A model generated the notes under the pieces. The model made no database searches, was not told where the DNA came from, and saw nothing but the letters and a program-made list of their open reading frames with translations. A stretch of 64,000 bases of DNA from Methanocaldococcus sp. 28A (GTDB lineage Archaea; AGJL01; Methanococci; Methanococcales; Methanocaldococcaceae), in assembly GCA_049852185.1 (NCBI GenBank), contig CP187540.1; one strand, written 5' to 3'. A program made the position numbers and the translations under genes. Positions 10,959 through 21,423 of the stretch are shown here, piece by piece (position 1 is the stretch's first letter; every line of letters begins with the position of its first letter).

Positions 10959-11768
10959 ATGGAAGTAAAAGCCATTGAGATTTTTAAAAAATATCTCTCT
11001 TTAAATATTTTAAAAAAGGTTTTAATTACTTATTTTTTATGCTGGATGGGGTTTTTATTTTCTTTTTCAGTTGGAAAGTTTCTTTTATATCTTTCATCTA
11101 TTTTAAAATCAAATATTATTGAGCAACCTGCAAAGATAGCTCAACACATTGGAACTATAAAGTTTAAAGCAGTTTCTTCTACAGTTTCAAAAACTGTTGG
11201 GATGAAAAGTTTATACTTAGATTATGCACTCTCATATATTATTTCTAATTATATTGGTTGTTTAATAATAGCTTTAGCCCTTGGAACTCTTGGTTATTTA
11301 TACAAAAAGGATTTAGAAAAAGCCAAATCGTTAAAAGAAAGAGAAGAAATTTCTAAAAATTATCAAAAATATTTGTTAATATTGTTTATTTTAGCTATTA
11401 TAAATCCTTTAACTGGATTAGTAGGAATAAACCTCAGATATTCTGATTTAATTGCTGTTCTTCCTCATGGATTTTTTGAGTTTTTTGGATTTTCTATTGC
11501 AGTAGTTGCTGGGGTAGAGATATCAAATAAAATCTTTCCAATAATTAAAAGAAAAATATCTTACAAAAAAATAGCATTTTTAATGGTTTGTTCTTTTATC
11601 TTTATCTCTATAGCAGGATTATTAGAACCAATAGACTGGTTTATCTATAGCTATGCAAAAGCTTATGGAATTCCTCTATTATCTGCATTTATAATGGGAT
11701 ACAAAAATTTATTATATTTGTTATCTATAGTTGTATGCAAAACTATCTTAATTAAAATAAGGTATTAA
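10959..11768 (+). CDS. SpoIIM-like membrane protein; C-terminus contributed by a family B repeat
   Basis: Multiple TM segments, LPHGFFE motif, AGLLE. Confidence 0.8.
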   Translation: MEVKAIEIFKKYLSLNILKKVLITYFLCWMGFLFSFSVGKFLLYLSSILKSNIIEQPAKIAQHIGTIKFKAVSSTVSKTVGMKSLYLDYALSYIISNYIGCLIIALALGTLGYLYKKDLEKAKSLKEREEISKNYQKYLLILFILAIINPLTGLVGINLRYSDLIAVLPHGFFEFFGFSIAVVAGVEISNKIFPIIKRKISYKKIAFLMVCSFIFISIAGLLEPIDWFIYSYAKAYGIPLLSAFIMGYKNLLYLLSIVVCKTILIKIRY

Positions 11769-11810
11769 AGAATACTCCATAAGGAAGGCATACAAAATTT
11801 CCTTTTTAAA
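11726..11810. mobile_element. Family B element, one end missing, overlapping the preceding CDS
   Basis: TATAGTTGTATGCAAAACTATCTTAATTAAAATAAGGTATTAAAGAATACTCCATAAGGAAGGCAT = reverse-orientation copy. Confidence 0.8.
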
Positions 11811-11813
11811 ATT

Positions 11814-11855
11814 TAGGACTTTACCTTATTTAGTATATATACTGCGAAAGTTCTA
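11814..11855. repeat. Internally deleted family A element
   Basis: TAGGACTTT ... ACTGCGAAAGTTCTA. Confidence 0.65.
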
Positions 11856-12005
11856 AAAACCTTAAGGTTTTTATGTCCACAACAGGATGGAGGTTTCCAT
11901 TGGGAAACTGATGATGCCCAATCCCAACGTGGAAGCGGAGCTTCAAGTAAGGGAATCAAACCAAAGGTTCGAGCTACAAAAATAATGGAAAATATCTAAT
12001 TAAAA
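11855..12005 (+). ncRNA. GC-rich HgcC/tnpB-omegaRNA-like segment without adjacent tnpB (partial)
   Basis: Shares AAAAACC-NNAA-GGTTTTTATGTCCA and TGATGAYGCCCAA..CCAACGTGGA with 57608-57696, and AGTAAGG..AACCNAAGGTTCGAGCTA plus ATAATGGAAAATATCTAA with the minus strand of 60800-60920. Confidence 0.5.
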
Positions 12006-12082
12006 TTTCTTAAATAGCTATCTTTGTCTATAAATAACTACGTTGGGAGAACCTCGTCATAAGCACTTAATAGTATATACAT

Positions 12083-13321
12083 TTATTTTTTATTTTTTAG
12101 GATTTCCTTTAGTTCTTTCATTTTTGGTGGGAGTTTTTTCCATCTCCAAAAGCCTCTCAAAATCTCATCTTCATCATAGCCAAATCTTTTTAAAACATCA
12201 ACCCATTTATTAAATAACTCCTTATATAATTCTTTAACTCTTAAAAACTCAGAGTTTAAAGCTGATGGGCACATATAGCATCCAATTCTTTCAAATCCTT
12301 TATCATAAAGCTCATTATAGATAACATCATTTAGATATATCCAACTCCAAACATCAGTCCCTTTCCAATCTAATATTGGAAAAACGTTTATTTGATTCTC
12401 AATAAATCCACTTTTTCTTTCATAACTTAATTTCTCTCTTGTAAAACTTTCATATTTTCTTGAGCCATCTATAGTATAAACTTTCTTATATTTCTTTAAA
12501 TACTCTTTTAATGGCTCTAATTTTAAAATACTGTTGCACCACCTATAATCTTTTGTAGGAACTCCTTCTATTTCTAAATATTCCCAAAAATTTTTACCTT
12601 TTAAAATTACTAAGTTTAAATCATATTTTTTAGCAAATTTTTTAACAAACTCTATTGTATCTTTAAATTCTAAACCAGTATCTATAAATATAACTTCTAA
12701 ATCGTCTATAACTTTATTGGCCAATAAAGTAGAGACAGAGGAATCTTTTCCACCACTAAAAGAGGCATTTATAGCATAACCTTTATCTTTACATTTTTCA
12801 TAGTATCTCTTCATTATTGATATTGATTTTCTCTCTAATTTTTTAATTCTTTCTTGATTCTTTCTTAAATAATCTTTAATTATTTCATATCTAAGCTCTT
12901 TTTTTAGAGTTAAATCTTTAATTTTTATAGTATCTCCTTTTTTAACACCTACACCAACATAATCTCCTACTTCAACACCAATATAATCATTCTCACTAAT
13001 GTTATTGAGTTCTTCAATATTTTCAATTAACTCAATTGGGACTTTTTTACCCTTTAATCTTCTTTTTGTTGGTTTTATTTTGATTTTTGGTACTTCTATT
13101 AAGTAATAGGAGGCATAAGGATGAAATTTCCAATTTAAATCAATTAAATCAAATTGTAGTATTCCAATGCACTCTCCATTAATAAAAACTTTCTTTCTGT
13201 AATCCAATCCGCCAATTTTTTTTAGAATTATGGCTAAATCATAAGAGAAATTTTTATTAAGTAGTTTGTTTAAAATATCTATCTCAAACTTAGAGGCAAA
13301 TTTATCATCCATTTTAATCAC
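12083..13321 (-). CDS. PAPS/APS reductase family protein
   Basis: SFSGGKDS, FIDTGLEF, RWC..LKLEP, GFERIGCYMCP. Confidence 0.88.
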   Translation of the reverse strand: MIKMDDKFASKFEIDILNKLLNKNFSYDLAIILKKIGGLDYRKKVFINGECIGILQFDLIDLNWKFHPYASYYLIEVPKIKIKPTKRRLKGKKVPIELIENIEELNNISENDYIGVEVGDYVGVGVKKGDTIKIKDLTLKKELRYEIIKDYLRKNQERIKKLERKSISIMKRYYEKCKDKGYAINASFSGGKDSSVSTLLANKVIDDLEVIFIDTGLEFKDTIEFVKKFAKKYDLNLVILKGKNFWEYLEIEGVPTKDYRWCNSILKLEPLKEYLKKYKKVYTIDGSRKYESFTREKLSYERKSGFIENQINVFPILDWKGTDVWSWIYLNDVIYNELYDKGFERIGCYMCPSALNSEFLRVKELYKELFNKWVDVLKRFGYDEDEILRGFWRWKKLPPKMKELKEILKNKK

Positions 13322-13475
13322 CTAAGTTTAATATTTTAATAAGGAACTTTTTATATAATTTTAATATAAATTAAAAGCTTATGAAATTGAATTTTAAAAA
13401 TATTAAAATTATTTCTCTTATTTATCAATAATTTGCAATAATAAGAGAAAAAACCGAAAAATTTTCAGTGAAACT

Positions 13476-14888
13476 ATGGAAAATTGGAATGAATTATTAA
13501 AAAAAGGTGCTAAGGTATTAGAAAAAAACAAAAACAACAAAATTTTAATAGTTACGCATATAGATACAGATGGATTGACATCAAGAGTTATTTTACAAAA
13601 AGTAGCTGAGAGATTAAACCTAGATGCTGATTTTATGTTTTTAAAACAAATTACAATAGAAACAATAAATGAGATTCCATTTAAGGATTATGATTTAATA
13701 ATTTTTGCTGACTTAGGTAGCGGGCAACTAAAAATGATTAAAGAAAAACTGAAAGAGCTTAACTTATTAGATAAAAAAGATAAAATTATCATTTTAGACC
13801 ACCATCAACCTGAAGAGATTAAGATTCCTGAAACTATTGTTCATATAAATCCTATAGCAATAGGAAAACGTGGGGCTGAAATTTGTGGAGCAGGAGTTTC
13901 ATACTTATTTGCAAAAACGATTAACAATGAATGGATAGACTTGGCTAAGTATGCTGTTTTAGGAGCTGTTGGTGATATTCAAAACATAGAAGGAAAATTA
14001 ACAGGTTTAAATGAGAAAATCTTAAAGGATGCTATAAATGCTGGAGACATAAAAAAATCTATGGATTTGCAGATGTATGGTAGGCAGACAAGACCTTTAT
14101 TTGTATCTATGAGATATTGGGCAGATATTAGAACTGATTTACTAAACAATGATTCAAGAATAATAAAATACATCCAATACATAAATAAAAAGTATGATAT
14201 TGAGATAAACCCTACTATGAGAATAGCTGAGATTCCTTTTGAACATAAAAAAATTATTGGTAATGAACTTTTAATAAAATGCTTAAGCTATGTTCCAAAT
14301 CATTGGACTCCATATATTCCAAAGGTCATATTTGGAGAGGTTTATGAGTTTAAATGTGAAGAATTTGGCTCTCCATTGAGAGATTTGGAGGAATTTTCAA
14401 CTTGTATAAATGCATGTTCAAGATATGGAGATTATGAAACTGCCTTAAATGTGTTAATGGGAGATAGAGGGAAATATTATAGTAGAATGCTTTCAAATTT
14501 GAGGAAGCATAGGAATAATTTAAGAGAAGCTTTAGAGCATGTAAAGAATGATGTTGAGATAATTAAAAAAGAAAACTTCCAATACTTTGAAACAGATAAA
14601 ATTATGCCAAATATTGTAGGAATTGTTGCTGGAATGAGCTATTCTATTGAAGAAGTAGATTGGATGAAGCCAATATTTGCTATAACAGAGGATGATAACG
14701 GCTATAAGGTCTCTGCAAGATGTCCTAAGCTTTTATGCTTCGCTGAGAATATAAATTTAGCTAAAGCAATAAAATATGCATCTGAAAAAGTTGATGGTAG
14801 TGGAGGAGGGCATAAATTTGCTTGTGGAGCATATATTCCTAATAATAAGAAGGAGTTTATAAGATATCTTGAAGTTGCTTTAAAATAA
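13476..14888 (+). CDS. RecJ/GAN-like DHH family exonuclease
   Basis: HIDTDG, FADLGSG, ILDHH, GAVGD, DHHA1 GGGHKFACG. Confidence 0.9.
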   Translation: MENWNELLKKGAKVLEKNKNNKILIVTHIDTDGLTSRVILQKVAERLNLDADFMFLKQITIETINEIPFKDYDLIIFADLGSGQLKMIKEKLKELNLLDKKDKIIILDHHQPEEIKIPETIVHINPIAIGKRGAEICGAGVSYLFAKTINNEWIDLAKYAVLGAVGDIQNIEGKLTGLNEKILKDAINAGDIKKSMDLQMYGRQTRPLFVSMRYWADIRTDLLNNDSRIIKYIQYINKKYDIEINPTMRIAEIPFEHKKIIGNELLIKCLSYVPNHWTPYIPKVIFGEVYEFKCEEFGSPLRDLEEFSTCINACSRYGDYETALNVLMGDRGKYYSRMLSNLRKHRNNLREALEHVKNDVEIIKKENFQYFETDKIMPNIVGIVAGMSYSIEEVDWMKPIFAITEDDNGYKVSARCPKLLCFAENINLAKAIKYASEKVDGSGGGHKFACGAYIPNNKKEFIRYLEVALK

Positions 14889-14936
14889 AACAAATATTAA
14901 AATTAAGGTTTAATTAAAATATTTTGTGGTGATATT

Positions 14937-15602
14937 GTGCAAATTCCAATTTTAATAGTTCGTTTAAAAACAAATAAACCACTTAAAAAATCACAAACTC
15001 CATTTTTGAGAGGTTATATTTTAAATATGTTTGATAAGGAAAATTATGTGGAGTTGCATAACCACAGCGGGAATGGTTTTGTCTATACCTATCCAAAAAT
15101 ACAGTATAAAATTATTAGTGGAGATGCTGTTTTAATTGGTATAAAAGAGGGAATAAATATTTTAGGAGAGATTATTTTAGACATTAGAGAGTTAAATTTG
15201 AAAGGGGAATTTTATAAGGTTGTAAATGGTTATGCAAAGGTTAAATTTGAAGAATTTGGTGTAGCAGATGAGATGATAAAATATAAGTTTATATCTCCAT
15301 GGATTGCCTTGAATGAGAGAAATTATTTAAAATATAGAGAGTTGGATGATGAAGGAAAAAAAGAATTGTTAGAAAGGATTTTAATTGGAAATGTTTTGTC
15401 AATGAGTAAGTATTTAAATTACACTGTTGAAGAAAAACTAAAAGCAGAACTTTTAAAATTTGATGATTTAGTTGTTAAATACAAAGGCAATAGGTTTATT
15501 GGCTTTTTTGGAGAGTTTTTAATTAACTTTAATATTCCAAATTATTTAGGAATTGGTAGAAAAGTTTCTAAGGGCTTTGGAAGTGTTGTTCGAATTCCAT
15601 AG
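14937..15602 (+). CDS. cas6: CRISPR endoribonuclease Cas6 (Cas6b type)
   Basis: LHNH, YPKIQYK, SPWIALN, Gly loop GIGRKVSKGFG; adjacent to array. Confidence 0.92.
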   Translation: MQIPILIVRLKTNKPLKKSQTPFLRGYILNMFDKENYVELHNHSGNGFVYTYPKIQYKIISGDAVLIGIKEGINILGEIILDIRELNLKGEFYKVVNGYAKVKFEEFGVADEMIKYKFISPWIALNERNYLKYRELDDEGKKELLERILIGNVLSMSKYLNYTVEEKLKAELLKFDDLVVKYKGNRFIGFFGEFLINFNIPNYLGIGRKVSKGFGSVVRIP

Positions 15603-15665
15603 AGGGGCTATGCTTTCTCTATTGGTATACCACCATTTTTTTGTTAATTTTATTAATTATCCAAT

Positions 15666-16370
15666 TTTATTATCCTTGTTTTAATGGACTAACGATTCAA
15701 ACGCAGTAAAGCAAAAAGCTATAGAGGATTTGAGGTTTAGTTTCCATCCTTGTTTTAATGGACTAACGATTCAAACAAAACTGCTGAAAGTAATATAAAA
15801 AATGTTGATGAGTTTCCATCCTTGTTTTAATGGACTAACGATTCAAACATTATGACTGCGATTTAGATTATAAAGAACTAAAAGTTTCCATCCTTGTTTT
15901 AATGGACTAACGATTCAAACATAAAATATTTATCGTACTTAAGAAGAAGAAGAAAATGTTTCCATCCTTGTTTTAATGGACTAACGATTCAAACGATACT
16001 TCAATTAATGACATCAAAGTAGATTACGAAGTGTATTTAAAGTTTCCATCCTTGTTTTAATGGACTAACGATTCAAACTTTCGGTCTTTGACCCTGAAAT
16101 TGTCTAAAATAGTAGTTTCCATCCTTGTTTTAATGGACTAACGATTCAAACTATTTTGTGAATTAAACAATTCAGGGAGGAAACAGAGTTTCCATCCTTG
16201 TTTTAATGGACTAACGATTCAAACTGTTTTATTCGTGATGATTAGATTATAATAAAATCTGTTTCCATCCTTGTTTTAATGGACTAACGATTCAAACCTG
16301 GTTATAACCAGCCGCACCATTCGAGAATTTGTCGTTTCCATCCTTGTTTTAATGGACTAACGATTCAAAC
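15666..16370 (-). CRISPR. CRISPR array 1: 10 repeats, 9 spacers (35-47 nt)
   Basis: 37-nt repeat GTTTCCATCCTTGTTTTAATGGACTAACGATTCAAAC (+), i.e. GTTTGAATCGTTAGTCCATTAAAACAAGGATGGAAAC on minus; degenerate trailer repeat at 15666; leader on the right. Confidence 0.98.
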
Positions 16371-16740
16371 CCTACCAACTATTACTTATCTAATACACAA
16401 ACTCCTATATAAATCTTTCTTTTAACATCCGATTTTTCTGACTGCCCAATTATTGAAACCTTTATAAAAGTAAGAAAGATTGTGCAATATCTTTTTAAAT
16501 AAAATGCACAACCATAAATAAAAATCTCAATAATAAAACCTTGTTTCATATAAAATATGTTTTATCTAACTCTAAAACATACAAAATAAAAGTAAATAAA
16601 TGATATTTAATTAAAACAAAAATTTTCCTTAGAAAAAATTAGTAATACTTTTTATCAATTTTCTAGTACCAAAATTAAGGCAGGGGTATATAAAAGCAAG
16701 AAAAGTAAATTAGAAAAATTAATAAGCATATTAAAAAATC
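16371..16740 (-). promoter_or_regulatory. CRISPR leader 1 with BRE/TATA (minus strand GAAAGA-TTTATATA, 16419-16406)
   Basis: AT-rich, duplicated at 23249-23618; TATA box ~35 nt from the first repeat. Confidence 0.88.
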
Positions 16741-17333
16741 TATTTACAACATATATTCCTATAACAACAATCGATACACTTCCTTTTATTAACTTTAATA
16801 TTCATGGGAAATTTCTCATTCTCAATAATATCAAAAATTAAATCAATAAATCTAACTGCATCTTCAAAATCCTTTTGTTTAAAGTTAATTTTTTTAACCA
16901 AATTCCCACTTCTTACATAAACTACAAAACCCCTATTGACTTCAACTCCAAAGTTTTCTTTAATTAACAAACCATATAATATGGACTGATACTTATGAGT
17001 TTTAAACAACCTATTCTTATATTCTGCAAATTTGTAATCAAGAGGAGCATAACTTCCATTCTCCAATTCCAAAACCTCGTCCACAATACCAACAATTCTA
17101 TACTTTTTGGAAGATAAGTATACATTTAAAAACTTTGCCTTAGCATTTATGGATTTTCTAATGTAATTTTTGTTTATTTTTTCTTTTAAGTCATGAATAT
17201 TCCTTCCAATTAAAACTTTTTCTCTTTTCTCTTCATGTTGGGGAATCCCCAAGACTCTCTCAAAATAAACGAACCTTGGACAATACATATACTCAACAAC
17301 ATCAGATACAGTAATCATCCCTTCCAATTCCAT
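16740..17333 (-). CDS. cas4: CRISPR-associated exonuclease Cas4
   Basis: YMYCPR, GIVDEV...PLDYK, C-terminal CxxCxYxxIC. Confidence 0.95.
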   Translation of the reverse strand: MELEGMITVSDVVEYMYCPRFVYFERVLGIPQHEEKREKVLIGRNIHDLKEKINKNYIRKSINAKAKFLNVYLSSKKYRIVGIVDEVLELENGSYAPLDYKFAEYKNRLFKTHKYQSILYGLLIKENFGVEVNRGFVVYVRSGNLVKKINFKQKDFEDAVRFIDLIFDIIENEKFPMNIKVNKRKCIDCCYRNICCK

Positions 17334-17618
17334 TTAAAGCACCATGGTCTTTTTATTGTCTCTAACTAAATCCTTATCAAACTCCTCACCAATACAAATT
17401 AACTTTCCAAAGCATTTTTCGCAAACCTCAATAATATAGACCTTATCATTTTCTTCAATAATATTCTCACAAAAAACTCTTAATTCATCAATCCTATTTT
17501 TATTTAAACTCCCAGCAAATACACTCTTTTGAATTCTTAATAGTCCATAGTTTAGACATTTATCAGAAACTCTCTTCCTAATTTTGTCATTACTTATGTC
17601 ATAAATTACATAAATCAT
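17334..17618 (-). CDS. cas2: CRISPR-associated Cas2
   Basis: YVIYDIS, RIQKSVF. Confidence 0.96.
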   Translation of the reverse strand: MIYVIYDISNDKIRKRVSDKCLNYGLLRIQKSVFAGSLNKNRIDELRVFCENIIEENDKVYIIEVCEKCFGKLICIGEEFDKDLVRDNKKTMVL

Positions 17619-18619
17619 AAATACCTCTCCTTTATGTCATTTGCAATTTCATAACACTCTTTTTGGATGAAATCAGGAAACTTATACTTCTTTCCTTTAG
17701 ATTCAAACTCTCTATTAAATACATTTTCGTTCATAAATGAAGAGAATTCTCCAATCCCAACATCCGACAATGCTACCCCATTATGCAAAGGAACAAAAAA
17801 CTCATCTTTAACTTTCTTTTTGTTTATAAAATTCACAACTCCTCTATCTACATAAACTCTATACATCTCAATCAAATCATAAACCAAACTTGTTTTATTA
17901 TACCCATCAGAGTGGATAAACCCAACATAAGGGTCTAAACCAGCAATAATGCAACATTTTTCAACAATAGGATACAGCATTCCATAGCCATAATTTAATA
18001 AAGCATTAAATTCATCCTTTGCAGGTCTTCTACTTCTTTCTCTAAACTTATACTTTTCTGGAAGAGCATAATTAATCCCTTCAAAATAATACTTTGAGGC
18101 AATTCCTTCAAAACCTATGATACTGTCTTTTATTGTTCTTTTTGGAATGTTGTCATCTATTTTACTTAAATAATCGTTTAAATCGTCAATGCATGATTTT
18201 ATACCATCAATTAATCCTTCAAAATCTCCCTTATGGTTGTGATTCTTTTTTAATTCCTTTAAATATGTTATTTGATTTTTCATTTTTCTTTCAATCCATT
18301 TTGACGCATATTTTATCCCTTCAATAGTTTCGGAAAATTTTATCTGATTTCTCCTAATTTTTCCAGTCTTACCTAATTTACAGTGCCAAATCATTCCTGC
18401 TGGTTCTTCATTTTTTAAAAATATTATTGGGATATTATTTTCTATTGCTAAATTTATTGCTGATGTTGTAATTGTCCCATCTTTTCCTAAGATAATTCTT
18501 TCAACTTTATTTGCAGAAATTTCTACTTTCTTTACTTTATTATTTTCCTTTACTTCAAAAATAAATCTATCTCCTTTCTTAGATATAAAAAATCCATAGG
18601 ATTTTAAAACAATATCCAT
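17615..18619 (-). CDS. cas1: CRISPR-associated integrase Cas1
   Basis: GFEG.AS..YF, NALLNYGYG, GLDPYVGFIH, SLVYDLIEMYR; no RT fusion. Confidence 0.97.
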   Translation of the reverse strand: MDIVLKSYGFFISKKGDRFIFEVKENNKVKKVEISANKVERIILGKDGTITTSAINLAIENNIPIIFLKNEEPAGMIWHCKLGKTGKIRRNQIKFSETIEGIKYASKWIERKMKNQITYLKELKKNHNHKGDFEGLIDGIKSCIDDLNDYLSKIDDNIPKRTIKDSIIGFEGIASKYYFEGINYALPEKYKFRERSRRPAKDEFNALLNYGYGMLYPIVEKCCIIAGLDPYVGFIHSDGYNKTSLVYDLIEMYRVYVDRGVVNFINKKKVKDEFFVPLHNGVALSDVGIGEFSSFMNENVFNREFESKGKKYKFPDFIQKECYEIANDIKERYL

Positions 18620-18700
18620 ACTTCCACCAATTCTAAAATTCCAAAAACTATATATAATATTGCTTTGCTATTATTTAAATTGTTGTAGTGGGGGATAAAA

Positions 18701-20497
18701 ATGTTATCAAGCGTGGCAACGATTGGGAAGCATATTATTGAAAAAGAGGGAAAAGATATTAATAATCCACTATCTATATTGGTAGAAAATCCAAACGTGG
18801 ATGGAAAATATAACATAATCTTTAAAATTGCATTTGATGAAAATTTTAACTATTTGGGAGTTTTTGATGATATGTTTGATTCTTCAATGATTTTAAAATT
18901 ACTATATAAAAAATCTTCTGGTGCTAATGCTCCTGATTTAAGTCCAACATCCAAACTTGTTGAAGCTGAAAAGACATTTAATAAAAAAATATTAAGAGCA
19001 GTTGCAGATGCAAAGAAATTCAAGAATACTCATTTTCTAAAAAAATTAGAAAAAGCATTAAAAGATAACAAAGACAAAATTATTGAAGATATCAAAAAAT
19101 TAAAGGAAAGCTATCCAAAGGATGGGGTTATATTAACAATAACTTTTAGAAAGGGGGATGAGGAACTTTATGTTGGAGATATTGAGGAGTTTAGAGATTG
19201 TTTTATGTATAAAGCAATTAGGGACTATTACTATATGAAAACTGGAAACATTACTGCAAAAGGTTATGGAATTTGTTCAATTTGTAATAAAAATGAGGAG
19301 GTTTTTGGATTATTTAGGGAATTTGGTTTTTATACAATAGATAAAGTTGGGAATATTGATGGATTAAATCCAAATGAAGCCTGGAAAAGATTTCCAATTT
19401 GTTTAAAATGTGCTTTATATGTAAAGGCTGGTAAAAATTATTTAGATGAGCATCTAAAAGCAAAATTTTATGGAAATGATATATACATTATCCCAAAGGT
19501 ATTAGATGAGAGTGTTATTGAAAAAGTTCTAAAAAGATTTGAAGATATGGTAAAAGAGTTAGGGACAAGAGATTATTCATATATGGAAGATAGGTTGTTT
19601 AGATTTCTCTCAAGGAAAGATATCTACCTATACATCACATTTATGTTTTTTGAAAAAGGAAATGATTTTAAAATAACTCAAATGATTGAGGATATCCTAC
19701 CATCAAGATTTGGAAGATTATATAAAGAGATAAATAAAATAGAAAGCTATGGAATATTTAAATATTATAAACTAAAGATTAAAAAACCCTCAAAAAAAGA
19801 AAAAGATTACTATAAAAAAATTTTTGGAGATGATTTTGAAGGTCTAAAATTTAGATTTGGATATATAAAAGAATTTTTTGATAATGATGACTTTCTAAAG
19901 ATGATGAACATAATTATCTCAAGTAAAAAAATTGACTACTCATATCTTATCAATGGATTTCTTTCAAAAATTAGAGAGAAATTTGTTAAAGATGAGCCTT
20001 ATGAATTATTTGCATATAAATCTTTCATGATTATTCTTTATTTGATGAATTTAAAGATTCTGGATGGTGAAATTATGGGGGATAGTAAAGAATACTACCA
20101 CTATGACGAAGTTGATGAGTTTTTTGAAAACTATAAAGGATTTTTTGATAAAGATGAAAAGAAGGCAGTGTTTTTATTAGGTGTATTGACAAATAAATTA
20201 TTAGCCCTCCAATATCAAAAAAGGCAGTCAAAACCATTCCAAGCAAAGCTTTATGGTTTAAACTTGGATAAATATAAAGTTGAAAATATCTTTAAAGAAG
20301 CTAATAAAAAACTTATGGAATATGAGCAGGAAGATAATATTGTATATTATAAAAAATTAAGAGAAAAAGTTGCAGAATACTTTGTGAAGGCAGGAAATAC
20401 ATGGAATACAAAAAATAGCGAAATATCTTATATTTTCTCATTAGGAATGGCAATGAGTGATAGATTCAAAAGCAAGGGAGGGGATAACAATGAGTGA
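18701..20497 (+). CDS. cas8b: Type I-B large subunit Cas8b (Csh1)
   Basis: CSIC...FYTIDK...FPICLKC, VFLLGVL; first gene of the cascade operon. Confidence 0.88.
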   Translation: MLSSVATIGKHIIEKEGKDINNPLSILVENPNVDGKYNIIFKIAFDENFNYLGVFDDMFDSSMILKLLYKKSSGANAPDLSPTSKLVEAEKTFNKKILRAVADAKKFKNTHFLKKLEKALKDNKDKIIEDIKKLKESYPKDGVILTITFRKGDEELYVGDIEEFRDCFMYKAIRDYYYMKTGNITAKGYGICSICNKNEEVFGLFREFGFYTIDKVGNIDGLNPNEAWKRFPICLKCALYVKAGKNYLDEHLKAKFYGNDIYIIPKVLDESVIEKVLKRFEDMVKELGTRDYSYMEDRLFRFLSRKDIYLYITFMFFEKGNDFKITQMIEDILPSRFGRLYKEINKIESYGIFKYYKLKIKKPSKKEKDYYKKIFGDDFEGLKFRFGYIKEFFDNDDFLKMMNIIISSKKIDYSYLINGFLSKIREKFVKDEPYELFAYKSFMIILYLMNLKILDGEIMGDSKEYYHYDEVDEFFENYKGFFDKDEKKAVFLLGVLTNKLLALQYQKRQSKPFQAKLYGLNLDKYKVENIFKEANKKLMEYEQEDNIVYYKKLREKVAEYFVKAGNTWNTKNSEISYIFSLGMAMSDRFKSKGGDNNE

Positions 20498-21389
20498 AAT
20501 CATAAAAAATAGAAGTGAAATCATATTTTTATATGATGTTAAAGATGCAAATCCTAATGGAGACCCCTTAGAAGAAAATAAACCAAGGATTGATGAAGAG
20601 ACTGGAATAAACATTGTTAGTGATGTAAGATTAAAGAGAACAATTAGAGATTATTTGGATAGTATAGGTGAGCTAATATTTATAAAAGAAGTTAGAAAAG
20701 ATAATGGGGAGTTAAAAACAAAAGATGAGAGATTAGAGGAGTTAGAAATAAATAATGCAGAGGATTTATTAAAGTGCATAGATATTAGATTATTTGGAGC
20801 TACAGTAGCTGTTAAAAAGAACACAATAACTTTTACAGGACCAGTTCAATTTAGATTTGGTAGAAGTTTGCATAAAGTTTTCCCAAAACTAATAAAAGGG
20901 ACTACTGTAATGCCTTCAAAGGAGGGAAAAGGTCAGGGGACTTTTACTGAATACTGGATTGTGCCTTATTCACTAATCGCCTTCTATGGAATAATTAATG
21001 AAAATTCTGCAAAAACTACAGGGCTAACAGAAGAAGATGTTAAAAAGTTAATTGAGGCAATGTGGAATGGGACTAAGAATCTAATTAGTAGAAGTAAAAT
21101 TGGACACACTCCAAGATTGTTAATTAAAGTTAATTATAAAGAAAATAACTATCACATTGGAGATTTAGACAAATGCTTAAAGTTAATTTCAGATATTGAA
21201 GATGAAAAAATAAGAGATGTTAAGGACTTTAAAATAGATATAACTGAATTAATTGACATATTAAAAGAAAACAAAGACAAAATTGAGAGTATTGAATACA
21301 TCTGGGATAAAAGATTAAATTTAGTTTATAATGGAGAGCCATTTAACTTTGAGAATGGAGAACTTCCATTTAAGGAAATAACTCTATAA
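20490..21389 (+). CDS. cas7: Type I-B Cas7 (Csh2)
   Basis: NPNGDP..N.PRID, SDVRLKRTIRDY, DIRLFGA, TGPVQF; start set at ATG 20490 after GGAGGGG. Confidence 0.95.
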   Translation: MSEIIKNRSEIIFLYDVKDANPNGDPLEENKPRIDEETGINIVSDVRLKRTIRDYLDSIGELIFIKEVRKDNGELKTKDERLEELEINNAEDLLKCIDIRLFGATVAVKKNTITFTGPVQFRFGRSLHKVFPKLIKGTTVMPSKEGKGQGTFTEYWIVPYSLIAFYGIINENSAKTTGLTEEDVKKLIEAMWNGTKNLISRSKIGHTPRLLIKVNYKENNYHIGDLDKCLKLISDIEDEKIRDVKDFKIDITELIDILKENKDKIESIEYIWDKRLNLVYNGEPFNFENGELPFKEITL

Positions 21390-21423
21390 CCTAAATTTTT
21401 AAATTTTTATTTTTGGTGGGATT

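Noticed and set aside
11905-11920. C/D-box sRNA suggested by CTGATGA
   Set aside because: No properly spaced terminal C and D boxes; the motif belongs to the tnpB-associated repeat, though a K-turn cannot be excluded
12035-12065. CTACGTT motif reminiscent of IscB/HEARO RNA
   Set aside because: Isolated 7-mer with no other scaffold elements or iscB ORF
15777-15811. Self-targeting: spacer shares ACTGCTGAAAGT with serA (~56961)
   Set aside because: Only 12 nt match in AT-rich DNA and the flanks diverge
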